DNA of 64,000 bases, from positions 3,153-67,152 of the forward strand of contig JBAXFS010000001.1 in assembly GCA_037139795.1 (NCBI GenBank), written 5' to 3'. The notes under the pieces are model-generated. The model was given only the letters and a program-made list of their open reading frames with translations. It did no database searches and was not told where the DNA came from. Origin of the DNA: Actinomycetes bacterium (lineage in GTDB: Bacteria > Actinomycetota > Actinomycetes > Nanopelagicales > Nanopelagicaceae). This document shows, piece by piece, positions 42,400-52,275 of this stretch. Within the stretch, counting starts at the first letter, position 1; the number at the start of each line of letters is the position of its first letter. The position numbers were made by a program, and so were the translations under genes.

Positions 42400-45300
42400 T
42401 TAGACCAAGCAGTTGGGGCCCAAAATTGATTTCAAATCGGCGCTCAAACTCGGTGAGGCAGTGACCAGAGCATCGATTTTCATATGCGTGTTACTACCGT
42501 TGTCATTGATTTGTAGATGAACTTCGCGTTTACCTGGATGGGAGCGGAGGATTTCTTTGATGCGATCAACAATGGGCGGTGTGCACTGTGACATTGGAAG
42601 CGAGATGACCAGAGGGCCAGCAGGTCCCATTGAAATATCTGGCATTGTCATTTCAAGGGCGGTAAAGCGAAGCGTATCTTCGCGCCGATCCACTCGACCC
42701 CTTACCGTCACAATTCTGTCCTCGGTCAATGACATTGAATATTGGTTGTACGTATTTGCAAAAAAGAGAACTTCTAGTGAACCTTCTAGATCCTCAACGG
42801 TTACGACGGCCCATGAGGCCCCTTGGCGTGAAACTTTACGGGTAACGCTCGTAATCAATCCGCCAATAGTTACAATGGATTCACTTTGTGCACCATCATC
42901 GACTAACTCGCTAATACTCATATCCGTACTTGCCCGAAGCACGTGTTCGACTCCCAGCAGAGGATGATCAGAGACATAGAGACCGAGCATCTCACGCTCG
43001 TAGCTGAGCAACATTGTTTTATCCCATTCGCCCTTTGGAATCTCCAAATCAAGGGTCTCGGCATGACTTATTGAATCGCCGCCAAATAAATCAAACTGCC
43101 CAATAGCATCTGCCCGCTTTGTTTCAATCACTGAATCAATTGCCTCTAAATAAATAGACATCAATCCCTTACGGGTAACACCCATCGAACCAAATGCACC
43201 GGCTTTGATGAGAGATTCAATAGTTTTCTTATTGCACACTTGTGCATCTACCTTGGCAAGAAAATCACCAAATGATGTAAATCGACCTTTGGTCTCGCGT
43301 GCATTCTTAATCGATGCAACGACTCCCTCACCAACATTGCGAATGGCAGCTAAACCAAAACGAATATCAACTCCACGTGGCGTATATTCGGCATCGGATT
43401 CATTGATATCGGGCTCTAAAACTTTAATTCCCATGCGGCGACATTCACTCAAGTAAAGCGCCGATTTATCTTTATCATCGCGCACGCTGGTCAAAAGTGC
43501 GGCCATGTACTCTGTTGGATAATTAGCCTTTAAGTATCCGGTCCAGTAAGAAACGACACCGTAACCAGCTGAGTGCGCACGGTTAAATGCATAGTCGGAG
43601 AACGGGATCAGAACATCCCACAATCTTTTTATCGCAGCGGTTGAATAACCATTGGCTTTCATGCCCGCTTCGAATGGCACGTACTCTTTATCCAAAATAT
43701 TCTTATCTTTTTTACCCATCGCCTTGCGAAGTAAATCCGCACGACCAAGAGAAAAACCGGCGACTTTTTGAGCAATCGCCATTACCTGCTCCTGATAGAC
43801 GATTAACCCATATGTATCACCGAGAATGTCTTTTAAAGCGTCCACTAACTCAGGGTGAATTGGCTCAACAGGTTTACGGCCATTCTTACGATCGGCATAG
43901 TTATTGTGGGCATTTTCTCCCATTGGACCAGGGCGATAGAGCGCGATAACAGCTGAAATATCTTGAAAAGAATCGGGCGACATAGATCGTAGTAACGCCC
44001 GCATTGGGCCGCCATCTAGTTGAAAGACGCCCAGAGTGTCACCGCGCGCAAGAAGCTCATAAGTCTTCTTATCATCAAGGGTTAGATCCTCTAGAACGAT
44101 ATCGATACCTTGGTTTGCTTTGATATTAATAAGTGCATCATCTAAAACTGAAAGGTTTCTAAGTCCAAGAAAATCCATCTTGAGAAGACCGATAGCTTCG
44201 CATGCACCCATGTCGAACTGGGTAATGATTGCGCCGTCGGCTTCACGTCGATGAATTGGAATGACGTCCAGTAATGGTTCGCGCGAAAGAATTACGCCGG
44301 CGGCATGTACGCCCCATTGACGTTTTAAACCCTCAAGGCCACGGGCGGTGTCGACTACACGCTTAGAGTCTGGATCGGATTCATAGAGCGAGCGGAATTC
44401 GCCAGCTTCGCCATATCTATCATCTTTAGGATTAAAAACTCCGCCTAAAGAAATATCTTTACCCATAACTGATGGGGGCAGGGCTTTAGTGAGCTTCTCC
44501 CCAACCACATATGGATAACCAAGAACACGCGTTGAATCCTTAATCGCCTGTTTAGATTTAATTGTTCCGTACGTAATGATCTGAGCGACGCGATCTTCGC
44601 CATATTTAGTAGTTGCATATCTAATCATTTCGCTGCGTCTGCGCTCGTCAAAGTCCAAATCGATATCAGGCATAGAGATACGTTCAGGATTTAAGAATCG
44701 CTCAAATAAAAGTCCGTGTTCGAGCGGATCAAGACCGGTTATGCCAAGGGCATATGCAACCAGTGAACCAGCTGCCGAACCTCGTCCTGGGCCCACGCGA
44801 ATTCCAACTTTTTTCGCGTGGGCAACTAAATCTGCGACAACTAAAAAGTAACCAGGAAAGCCCATTGCTTCCATAACACCGAGTTCGTAAGCCAGACGGG
44901 CTTTGTGCTCAGGCGTTACACGCTCACCCATGCGAGTGATTAGACCGTGCTCTGCCTCTTTCTTAAGCCATGAATCTTCGGTTTCGCCGGCGGGCACGCT
45001 AAATTGCGGAAGAAGGTTTTCGCCTTCGCGCAGGGTCACATTGCATCGCTGCGCAATAAGTAATGTGTTGTCACAACTTTCAGGAACCTCTTTGAAGAGC
45101 TCACGCATTTGGGCCGCTGTTTTGACGTAAAAACTATCATTGTCGAATTTAAATCGCTTTGGATCTGCCAGAGTAGATCCAGATTGGACGCAGAGAAGCG
45201 CTTCATGTGCAGGCGCATCCGACTGCAATGTGTAGTGAAGATCGTTAGTTGCAAGGAGAGGTAAGCCGAGTTCCTTACCCAGCTTTAAAAGACCGGCCTT

Positions 45301-45897
45301 AACTCGAGTTTCAACCTCGATTCCATGATCCATAATCTCTAAGTAAAAATTGTCTGCACCGAAAATATCGCGAAAATCACTTGCCGCTTTAATCGCCTCT
45401 TTATAGGCGCCCATACGTAATCGAGTTTGGACTTCTCCGCCGGGGCAACCAGTTGTAGCAATTAACCCAGTTGAATACTGCGCCAGAATTTCTCGGTCCA
45501 TACGCGGTTTGTAGTAATACCCTTCAAGGGATGCTAAAGATGAGAGCCGGAAGAGATTGCCTAGGCCAACATTATTTTCGGCCAAAATCGTCATGTGCGT
45601 ATATGCGCCGCCACCGGATACATCATCCTCGCCACCATCGGCCCACTTGACCCGCTTTTTTTCTAACCGTGATTCGGGTGCTACATATGCCTCGATGCCA
45701 ATGATTGGTTTAATTCCAGCTTTCTTGGCGCTCTTGTAGAAATCAAAGGCGCCAAAAACATTTCCATGATCGGTCATCGCAATAGCTGGCATTTTCTGCC
45801 GAACCGCTTCATCCATTAACTCGCCTACGCGTGCGGCACCGTCGAGCATTGAGTACTCGGTGTGAACGTGAAGGTGAACGAAATTATCAGATGACAT
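42400..45897 (-). CDS. dnaE: DNA polymerase III alpha subunit (DnaE1)
   Basis: [16 protein letters not shown] domain, [22 protein letters not shown] and FNRAHS. Normal length, no intein. Confidence 0.99.
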   Translation of the reverse strand: MSSDNFVHLHVHTEYSMLDGAARVGELMDEAVRQKMPAIAMTDHGNVFGAFDFYKSAKKAGIKPIIGIEAYVAPESRLEKKRVKWADGGEDDVSGGGAYTHMTILAENNVGLGNLFRLSSLASLEGYYYKPRMDREILAQYSTGLIATTGCPGGEVQTRLRMGAYKEAIKAASDFRDIFGADNFYLEIMDHGIEVETRVKAGLLKLGKELGLPLLATNDLHYTLQSDAPAHEALLCVQSGSTLADPKRFKFDNDSFYVKTAAQMRELFKEVPESCDNTLLIAQRCNVTLREGENLLPQFSVPAGETEDSWLKKEAEHGLITRMGERVTPEHKARLAYELGVMEAMGFPGYFLVVADLVAHAKKVGIRVGPGRGSAAGSLVAYALGITGLDPLEHGLLFERFLNPERISMPDIDLDFDERRRSEMIRYATTKYGEDRVAQIITYGTIKSKQAIKDSTRVLGYPYVVGEKLTKALPPSVMGKDISLGGVFNPKDDRYGEAGEFRSLYESDPDSKRVVDTARGLEGLKRQWGVHAAGVILSREPLLDVIPIHRREADGAIITQFDMGACEAIGLLKMDFLGLRNLSVLDDALINIKANQGIDIVLEDLTLDDKKTYELLARGDTLGVFQLDGGPMRALLRSMSPDSFQDISAVIALYRPGPMGENAHNNYADRKNGRKPVEPIHPELVDALKDILGDTYGLIVYQEQVMAIAQKVAGFSLGRADLLRKAMGKKDKNILDKEYVPFEAGMKANGYSTAAIKRLWDVLIPFSDYAFNRAHSAGYGVVSYWTGYLKANYPTEYMAALLTSVRDDKDKSALYLSECRRMGIKVLEPDINESDAEYTPRGVDIRFGLAAIRNVGEGVVASIKNARETKGRFTSFGDFLAKVDAQVCNKKTIESLIKAGAFGSMGVTRKGLMSIYLEAIDSVIETKRADAIGQFDLFGGDSISHAETLDLEIPKGEWDKTMLLSYEREMLGLYVSDHPLLGVEHVLRASTDMSISELVDDGAQSESIVTIGGLITSVTRKVSRQGASWAVVTVEDLEGSLEVLFFANTYNQYSMSLTEDRIVTVRGRVDRREDTLRFTALEMTMPDISMGPAGPLVISLPMSQCTPPIVDRIKEILRSHPGKREVHLQINDNGSNTHMKIDALVTASPSLSADLKSILGPNCLV

Positions 45898-45916
45898 AGG
45901 TGCTTAAGGCTAATAC

Positions 45917-46858
45917 TTACGGCAAGACAGCATCAGATAGCAACGCCAGTGAGCGTGTGAGATCGCCTGGATATGGCGCGGTGAAGTTGAGTTTGGCGCC
46001 AGTAATAGGGTGCGCAAAACGTAGCTCTTTTGCATGTAACCAAGGCCGTGACATTTCAAGGCTTTTGGCAAGAACTGGATCTGCGCCATATGTCGTGTCC
46101 CCCACGAGCGGATGATTGAGTGCCGAGAAATGCACGCGTATCTGGTGGGTGCGTCCAGTCTCTAACTCAACTTTCACAAGTGAGACCGCTCTATAGAACT
46201 CGATTACCTCATAGTGCGTAATGGATTCCTTGCCCGTTCCAACAACGGCAAAACGATGATCTTCCTTAGGGTGACGATCAATTGGGGCATCGATCGTTCC
46301 CGTTGTGGGATCCATATGGCCCTGGATTAATGCATGATAAATCTTTTCAACGGTGCGAGTCCTAAAGGCATCTTTCAAAACCGTGAATGCCCGATCACTC
46401 TTTGCAACAATCATGAGGCCGCTAGTTCCAACATCTAATCGATGGACAATTCCTTGACGCTCGGCGGCGCCACTTGTAGAAATAATGTAGCCAGCGGCAC
46501 TTAATGCACCGACAACCGTTGGTCCAGTCCAGCCAGGACTTGGATGAGCCGCGCAACCTACAGGCTTATTTATTACCACGATGTCATCATCTTCATAAAC
46601 TATTTCGAGACCTTCAATAGGTGTCAATGGAATTGCAACAGTATTAATCGGAGCTGGGAGAAGTACTTCGATAATCTGTCCAGCGCTAACCCGTTCAGAT
46701 TTGAGCATTGCTCGACCAGATGTAGTGATATCTCCATCATCGAGCAGCTTTACAACTGACGTGCGCGATAAGCCCAGAACGCGAGTAAGGGCGCTATCTA
46801 TGCGCTCTCCTGCCACTCCCTCAGGTACAGCAAGTGTTCGCAACTCTCGGTTACTCAT
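45917..46858 (-). CDS. rluD: RluA-family 23S rRNA pseudouridine synthase with S4 domain (RluD-like)
   Basis: GERIDSAL, VINKPVG, GIVHRLDVGTSG and GRTHQIRVH. Confidence 0.93.
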   Translation of the reverse strand: MSNRELRTLAVPEGVAGERIDSALTRVLGLSRTSVVKLLDDGDITTSGRAMLKSERVSAGQIIEVLLPAPINTVAIPLTPIEGLEIVYEDDDIVVINKPVGCAAHPSPGWTGPTVVGALSAAGYIISTSGAAERQGIVHRLDVGTSGLMIVAKSDRAFTVLKDAFRTRTVEKIYHALIQGHMDPTTGTIDAPIDRHPKEDHRFAVVGTGKESITHYEVIEFYRAVSLVKVELETGRTHQIRVHFSALNHPLVGDTTYGADPVLAKSLEMSRPWLHAKELRFAHPITGAKLNFTAPYPGDLTRSLALLSDAVLP

Positions 46859-47340
46859 AATGTTGAATCCTTTTTTGCAATGGGGGGAATATTACGTACC
46901 GATAGGACAACTGACAGTGCAGCAGCAATAACAATTGACGAATCGGCTACATTGAATATAGGCCAATGCGGCAGTTGCATCCAATCGATGACATGTCCAC
47001 GTAAAAAGCCAGGTTCACGAAAGATGCGATCCATGAGATTTCCCAAAATACCGCCCATGACGAGGCCAAGCACGACTGTCCAGCCCTTGGATGTAATTTG
47101 CGGGGTGATGTAAAGGATTCCAATCATTACTGCAAAACTAAACAGTGAGAAAAGTAAGGTGGCACTGGTGGCAAATGAAAATGCAGCTCCGGAGTTGCGA
47201 ACAAGCGTGAGCTGGAAAAAACTACCTAGGATCTTTACTGGATCGTGATTCGATAGCTGATTTACCGCCCAGGCTTTCGTAGCTAAATCGAGAATCCAGA
47301 TGAACCAGGCAACACTTAGAAGTGTTCGCCACCTTTGCAC
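46855..47340 (-). CDS. lspA: Lipoprotein signal peptidase II
   Basis: DLATK, NSGAAFS, GNLMDR and FNVAD. Start moved to the GTG at 47340, just after the dksA-like stop. Confidence 0.95.
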   Translation of the reverse strand: MQRWRTLLSVAWFIWILDLATKAWAVNQLSNHDPVKILGSFFQLTLVRNSGAAFSFATSATLLFSLFSFAVMIGILYITPQITSKGWTVVLGLVMGGILGNLMDRIFREPGFLRGHVIDWMQLPHWPIFNVADSSIVIAAALSVVLSVRNIPPIAKKDSTL

Positions 47341-47342
47341 TT

Positions 47343-48113
47343 TTAGCGCCGTTCTTCCTTTTGCTTGCAGAGCATGCACAGTGTTGCACGCGGAAATACT
47401 TGTAGGCGAGCCTTTCCAATTGCATTGCCACACTCTTCGCAATATCCGTATCGCTTTGAATCAATTCGGTCCAGAGCGCGCTCCGTTTGTAAAACCATAT
47501 CGCGGGCGTTAATGACGAGTGACATTTCATGCTCACGTTCGAAAGTTTTAGTACCGGCATCGGCCTGGTCATCGCCGGCGCCTTCGCCAGATTCTTGAAT
47601 CAGCGAATCCATTTCCTTCTCAACAATTGCCAACTCTTGGCGCAATCGATCAAGTTCTTTGGAGATTTCAGTACGAATCGTTTTCAATTCTGCCGCTGTC
47701 CAAGGAATCTCTGATTCACTAACAACAATCGGAGTTGGCGCACTTTTTATTGGTTTAAGCGGTGCAACTTTTTTTGCACTCTTGGTAGGACGAGGTGGGG
47801 GTGGCATTACAAGTCGGCGCTCTTGAATAACGGGAGCCACAACTGGCGCACTTACGGTTGAGACTGACACGGTCTGTGATTTTTCATCAACAGTCAGAGT
47901 TGTCTTTGTAGCAGTCGCTTTCGCACCGGCCTTCTTCACCGGAATACTCTTTACTGCACTCTTTTTCGCAACGGCCTTTTTAACTGCGGGCTTCTTGGCG
48001 ATGGCTTTTTTAACGGCGGCTTTTTTAGCCACTGGAGCTTTGGCGCTCTTGGTTAAGGCCTTTTTTGCAGGAGCCTTTTTGGGAAGAGCTTTCTTAACAG
48101 GCTTCTTGGGCAT
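47343..48113 (-). CDS. DksA/TraR C4 zinc-finger protein with histone-like K/A-rich N-terminus (DdbA-like)
   Basis: GDDQADAG coiled-coil tip and CEEC-x18-CMLC finger. Start moved to the ATG at 48113 (MPKKPVKK), 7 nt after TAAGGT. Confidence 0.9.
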   Translation of the reverse strand: MPKKPVKKALPKKAPAKKALTKSAKAPVAKKAAVKKAIAKKPAVKKAVAKKSAVKSIPVKKAGAKATATKTTLTVDEKSQTVSVSTVSAPVVAPVIQERRLVMPPPPRPTKSAKKVAPLKPIKSAPTPIVVSESEIPWTAAELKTIRTEISKELDRLRQELAIVEKEMDSLIQESGEGAGDDQADAGTKTFEREHEMSLVINARDMVLQTERALDRIDSKRYGYCEECGNAIGKARLQVFPRATLCMLCKQKEERR

Positions 48114-48126
48114 GACGCGAACCTTA
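48114..48126 (-). promoter_or_regulatory. Leaderless-type -10 box for the DksA-like gene (TAAGGT-N7-ATG)
   Basis: Minus strand reads TAAGGT tcgcgtc ATG; no RBS. Confidence 0.65.
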
Positions 48127-48209
48127 TGCCGATGCACTATGTATATCAACTGCGCCACGGACAATTTTGATCACTTCCATGGCCTAGACTGTGAGCACTA
48201 ACTAAAGAT

Positions 48210-48385
48210 GGGCGTTGACGGGGCTATCACCTCACGAGTTCGTCGGAAGAAGTGAGTGAAAACTCATCTAGAACCGGCCTTAGTTGGTAGTTAAGTGGCG
48301 TGAATTTCACGCAAGGTGGGTGGTACCGCGAATCCTGCGACAGCAGTTTTCGTCCCTCCAGAGTTCACTCAATCTCGGAGGTTTT
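48210..48385 (+). ncRNA. Translational T-box riboswitch (actinobacterial ileS class)
   Basis: Ultrashort stem I with Ile specifier ATC at 48226-48228; GGAAGAA and AGAA S-turn elements; T-box GGGTGGTACCGCG at 48318-48330. CTCC-A-GAG...CTC-GGAG hairpin can sequester the GGAGG RBS. TAGACT upstream. Confidence 0.93.
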
Positions 48386-48391
48386 TCTATA

Positions 48392-51300
48392 ATGTCATTT
48401 CGTGCAATCTCAGCTGCCGTTGATTTGCCTGCCGTTGAACATGAGATTTTAACTTTCTGGGAAACAAACGAAATTTTCCACAAGTCTGTCGAAGCCCGTT
48501 CAGCGGCCGAGCCTTGGACATTCTATGAAGGCCCACCCACTGCCAATGGAATGCCAGGAACACACCATATTGAAGCTCGCGTGTTTAAAGATGTGTTTCC
48601 GCGCTTTCAAACAATGAAGGGACGTCATGTAACCCGTAAAGCTGGATGGGATTGCCATGGGCTTCCAGTGGAGATTGCCGTTGAAAAAGAGTTGGGCTTT
48701 GCCGGCAAAGGCGATATCGAAAAATTTGGTGTGGCCGCTTTCAATGATAAATGCCGTGAATCGGTGCAACGCCACGTAGGAGCTTTCAGCGATATGACTC
48801 ATCGCATGGGATTTTGGGTGGATTTTGATGAGGCATATTGGACCATGTCACCGGAGTATGTTGAAAGTGTTTGGTGGTCCTTGAAAGAGATTTGGAAAAA
48901 GGGCTTACTCGTTCAGGATCATCGCGTAGCTCCATATTGTCCGCGTTGTGGAACGGGATTATCTGATCATGAGTTAGCACAGGGTTATGAAACGGTAACT
49001 GATCCATCTGTCTATGTTCGCTTCCCCGTCACTTCTGGAGAACTCGCCGAACTCAACGCCAGTCTTCTCGTGTGGACTACAACGCCTTGGACGCTAGTTT
49101 CAAATACGGCGATCGCGGTTAATCCAGATGTTGACTACGTAGCTGTAGAAGTCACGGTTGAAGAAAAGACCGAGGTTTTAATCGTTGCCGAAGCACTCAT
49201 TGAAAGCGTAAAAGGTGAGCGCACAATTCTTAAGAAAATTCTTGGCAAAAACTTAGAGCACACTACATATAAGCGTCCATTTGATTACGTTGAGATTCCC
49301 AATGCTCACTACGTTGTTCTTGCAGATTACGTGACAACTGAGGATGGAACTGGACTTGTCCATCAATCTCCAGCCTTTGGCGCCGATGACTTAGCAGTAT
49401 GTCGGGCTTATGGTCTACCTGTCGTAAATCCAATCGCCCCCGATGGAACTTTCCTCCCCGAGGTCGCTGTTGTTGGTGGCATGTTCTTCAAAGATTCCGA
49501 CAAAGTTCTAGTCAAAGAGTTAAAAGCAAGTGGCGCACTTTATAAGCACCAACAATATGAGCACTCATACCCACACTGCTGGCGCTGCCACACCGCACTC
49601 ATGTATTACGCGCAGCCTTCTTGGTATATCCGTACAACATCGATTAAGGATGCCCTGCTGCGCGAAAATGCGGCGACCGATTGGCACCCAGAGACCATTA
49701 AAGATGGACGCTATGGCGATTGGCTCAATAACAATATCGACTGGGCCCTTTCACGCAATCGCTATTGGGGAACTCCCCTACCGATTTGGCGCTGTGAAAA
49801 TAAGCACGAAGTCTGCGTCGATTCGCTCAAAGAGCTAGGAGCGTTAGCTGGACAAGAACTATCCAACCTCGATCCACATCGTCCCTTTGTTGACGACATT
49901 ACTCTGCCTTGCCAAGAGTGCTCCTCCACTATGGTGCGAGTGCCTGAAGTAATTGACTGTTGGTATGACTCTGGAGCTATGCCCTTTGCCCAGTGGGGTT
50001 ATCCGCACGTTGAGGGTTCGGTTGAAAAGTTCAAAGAGTCCTATCCCGCCGATTTCATCTGCGAAGCCATCGACCAAACGCGTGGATGGTTCTATACATT
50101 AATGACAATTGGAACTCTAGTCTTTGATGAATCTTCCTATAAAACAGTTCTATGTCTTGGCCATATTTTAGATAAAGATGGTCGCAAGATGAGCAAGCAC
50201 GTAGGAAATGTTTTAGAACCTATGGCGCTTATGGAACAACATGGCGCCGATGCAGTGCGTTGGTACATGCTGGCCGCGGGCTCTCCTTGGGCCGCCCGTC
50301 GCGTAGGTCATGAAGCGATCAATGAAGTTGTACGAAAGACTTTATTAACGTATTGGAACACAGTTTCGTTCCACGCGCTCTACGCCAAAGCTTCACAATT
50401 CGAATTGAGTCAAAGCCCATTACTAGCCGATCGTCCTTTGATGGATCGATGGATAATCTCTGAATTGAACTTATTAATTAGTGAAGTTGATAAGGCATTG
50501 ACTGGCTTTGACTCACAAATTGCTGGCCGCGCACTTGCCGGATTCATTGATGATCTATCTAACTGGTATGTCCGACGCTCGAGACGACGTTTTTGGGATG
50601 GCGATGTTGCCGCAATGGCAACGCTACATGAATGTTTGGTAACGCTGACTCAGCTTTTGGCACCAATGGTTCCATTTATCACCGAACAAGTGTGGCAACT
50701 CCTTGTTCGTCCGACGGACCCGAGTGCGCAGCTATCAGTTCACTTAACTGACTTCCCAGTTGTTGACTCAACGGCCGTTAATGCCGAGCTTGGCCAGCAA
50801 GTTGCATTAACGCGCCGCATCGTTGAACTTGGGCGGGCATCCCGCGCAGAATCTGGAATTAAGATTCGCCAACCTTTGGGTCGCGCCCTTATTGCAGCAA
50901 GTGGTTGGGGATCGCTTCCAGTTCAAATGCGCGAACAGATTGCCGATGAGCTCAATGTAATGACTTTAGAAGATATTGCTAACGCCGATGGCGATTTAGT
51001 AGACATTTCAATTAAGGCCAACTTTAAAACCCTAGGTGCACGATTTGGTGGAGCGGTCCAAGAGATCGCCAAAGCTATTGCTGCAAGCGACGCCACCTCC
51101 CTCGTAAAGACACTTCGAGTTTCTGGGGCCACAAACATTGGCGAGTGGGAAATCACCTTAGATGACTTAGTAGTCACTGAAGTTCCAAAAACCGGTTGGA
51201 TGGTTGCATCCCACGACGGAGAAAGTGTCGCACTCGATCTAGAGCTAACGCCTAGCTTAATTTTGGCCGGCCATGCACGTGAGGTTATTCGATTCATTCA

Positions 51301-51505
51301 AGAGCGCAGAAAGAGTGATGGTTTTGATATCTCTGACCGAATTAACATCTCATGGAACGCAACGGCTGAAATAACCGAAGCTATCGAGAGCGACTTAGTT
51401 CATATTCAAGATGAAGTTTTGGCAATCTCAATGGCTCGCAACGAGGCGATGGAGTTTAGTGACAGTGAAATCGGTTTAGCTGTAGAGCTAACTAAAGCCC
51501 TCTAA
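48392..51505 (+). CDS. ileS: Isoleucine--tRNA ligase (type 2)
   Basis: FYEGPPTANG, GWDCHGLPVE, WALSRNRYWGTPLP, EAIDQTRGWF and KMSKH. Start moved to the ATG at 48392 after GGAGG. Confidence 0.98.
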   Translation: MSFRAISAAVDLPAVEHEILTFWETNEIFHKSVEARSAAEPWTFYEGPPTANGMPGTHHIEARVFKDVFPRFQTMKGRHVTRKAGWDCHGLPVEIAVEKELGFAGKGDIEKFGVAAFNDKCRESVQRHVGAFSDMTHRMGFWVDFDEAYWTMSPEYVESVWWSLKEIWKKGLLVQDHRVAPYCPRCGTGLSDHELAQGYETVTDPSVYVRFPVTSGELAELNASLLVWTTTPWTLVSNTAIAVNPDVDYVAVEVTVEEKTEVLIVAEALIESVKGERTILKKILGKNLEHTTYKRPFDYVEIPNAHYVVLADYVTTEDGTGLVHQSPAFGADDLAVCRAYGLPVVNPIAPDGTFLPEVAVVGGMFFKDSDKVLVKELKASGALYKHQQYEHSYPHCWRCHTALMYYAQPSWYIRTTSIKDALLRENAATDWHPETIKDGRYGDWLNNNIDWALSRNRYWGTPLPIWRCENKHEVCVDSLKELGALAGQELSNLDPHRPFVDDITLPCQECSSTMVRVPEVIDCWYDSGAMPFAQWGYPHVEGSVEKFKESYPADFICEAIDQTRGWFYTLMTIGTLVFDESSYKTVLCLGHILDKDGRKMSKHVGNVLEPMALMEQHGADAVRWYMLAAGSPWAARRVGHEAINEVVRKTLLTYWNTVSFHALYAKASQFELSQSPLLADRPLMDRWIISELNLLISEVDKALTGFDSQIAGRALAGFIDDLSNWYVRRSRRRFWDGDVAAMATLHECLVTLTQLLAPMVPFITEQVWQLLVRPTDPSAQLSVHLTDFPVVDSTAVNAELGQQVALTRRIVELGRASRAESGIKIRQPLGRALIAASGWGSLPVQMREQIADELNVMTLEDIANADGDLVDISIKANFKTLGARFGGAVQEIAKAIAASDATSLVKTLRVSGATNIGEWEITLDDLVVTEVPKTGWMVASHDGESVALDLELTPSLILAGHAREVIRFIQERRKSDGFDISDRINISWNATAEITEAIESDLVHIQDEVLAISMARNEAMEFSDSEIGLAVELTKAL

Positions 51506-51773
51506 CAAAACCCATCAGAAGTTGCACGCCGAAAAAAAGTACAATAAAACTCATATCTAAACTAACTGCGCCTAAACGAAGGGGCGGAATAAACCGTCCC
51601 ACAAAGCGCATTGGTCGATCAGTGATGGCATAAACCGCTTCAACAAAATAGAGCGAGATTCCGCTTGGCTTCCAATTTCGGGCAAACATGCGAATGTAGT
51701 CAAGAATTAAGCGCCCAAGCAGCGCCAAAAGAAAGAGTTGGAGAATGCCAGCGAGTAACGAACCGATCCTCAT
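51492..51773 (-). CDS. yggT: YggT/YlmG (SepG-like) membrane protein
   Basis: ITDRPMRFVGRFIPPLRLG..LDMSFIVL motif; follows sepF. Confidence 0.92.
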   Translation of the reverse strand: MRIGSLLAGILQLFLLALLGRLILDYIRMFARNWKPSGISLYFVEAVYAITDRPMRFVGRFIPPLRLGAVSLDMSFIVLFFGVQLLMGFVRGL

Positions 51774-51780
51774 AAACTAA

Positions 51781-52254
51781 TCAGCTCTGATTAAAGAAAC
51801 TTGCTTGCGCTGCAGCTGATTTGTCTTCAGAACTCACTTGAAGATTTGCAGGAGAGATTAGGAAAACCTTTTTAGTAACCCGTTCAATTGTTCCATGTAG
51901 ACCGAAAGCTAGACCACTTGCAAAGTCAACAAGGCGCTTGTGTTCAGACTCATCCATGTCAGTCAAATTGATGATGACTGGATTACCTTCGCGAAAGTGC
52001 TCGCCAATCGTACGAGCCTCGTTATAAAAACGAGGATGTAAAGTAATGATGCGATCTAAGACTGGTAGATCCAGTTGAGGCGCAACTTCTACTGTCGATG
52101 TTATTACTGACGAGACATTGCGAGCTGGACGCGCTTTAATGCGAACATCATTGGACATTGGAACCGCCGGTACCGATGAACTCACAGGAGTATCGAACTC
52201 TGGGTCATCCATCAACCCTAAATAATTTGCGACGCGCTTAATTGCATTAGCCAT
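51781..52254 (-). CDS. sepF: Cell division protein SepF
   Basis: IITLHPRFYNEARTIGEHFREG, KRLVDFASGL and FLISPAN. Confidence 0.96.
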   Translation of the reverse strand: MANAIKRVANYLGLMDDPEFDTPVSSSVPAVPMSNDVRIKARPARNVSSVITSTVEVAPQLDLPVLDRIITLHPRFYNEARTIGEHFREGNPVIINLTDMDESEHKRLVDFASGLAFGLHGTIERVTKKVFLISPANLQVSSEDKSAAAQASFFNQS

Positions 52255-52266
52255 GTGTTAACGGTA
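52255..52266 (-). promoter_or_regulatory. Leaderless-type -10 box for sepF (TACCGT-N6-ATG)
   Basis: Minus strand reads TACCGT taacac ATG; no RBS. Confidence 0.62.
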
Positions 52267-52275
52267 CCTGTCTGA

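Noticed and set aside
17754-45897. Inteins, frameshifts or pseudogenes in polA, gltB or dnaE
   Set aside because: All are uninterrupted and of normal length with motifs in the expected order.
45898-45916. Leaderless promoter for dnaE (TAGCCT)
   Set aside because: The hexamer is 9 nt from the ATG, outside the 6-7 nt spacing seen elsewhere; possible but not counted.
48392-51505. Non-canonical IleRS signatures (GMPGTHH for HIGH, KMSKH for KMSKS)
   Set aside because: These variants are, as recalled, normal for actinobacterial type 2 IleRS.
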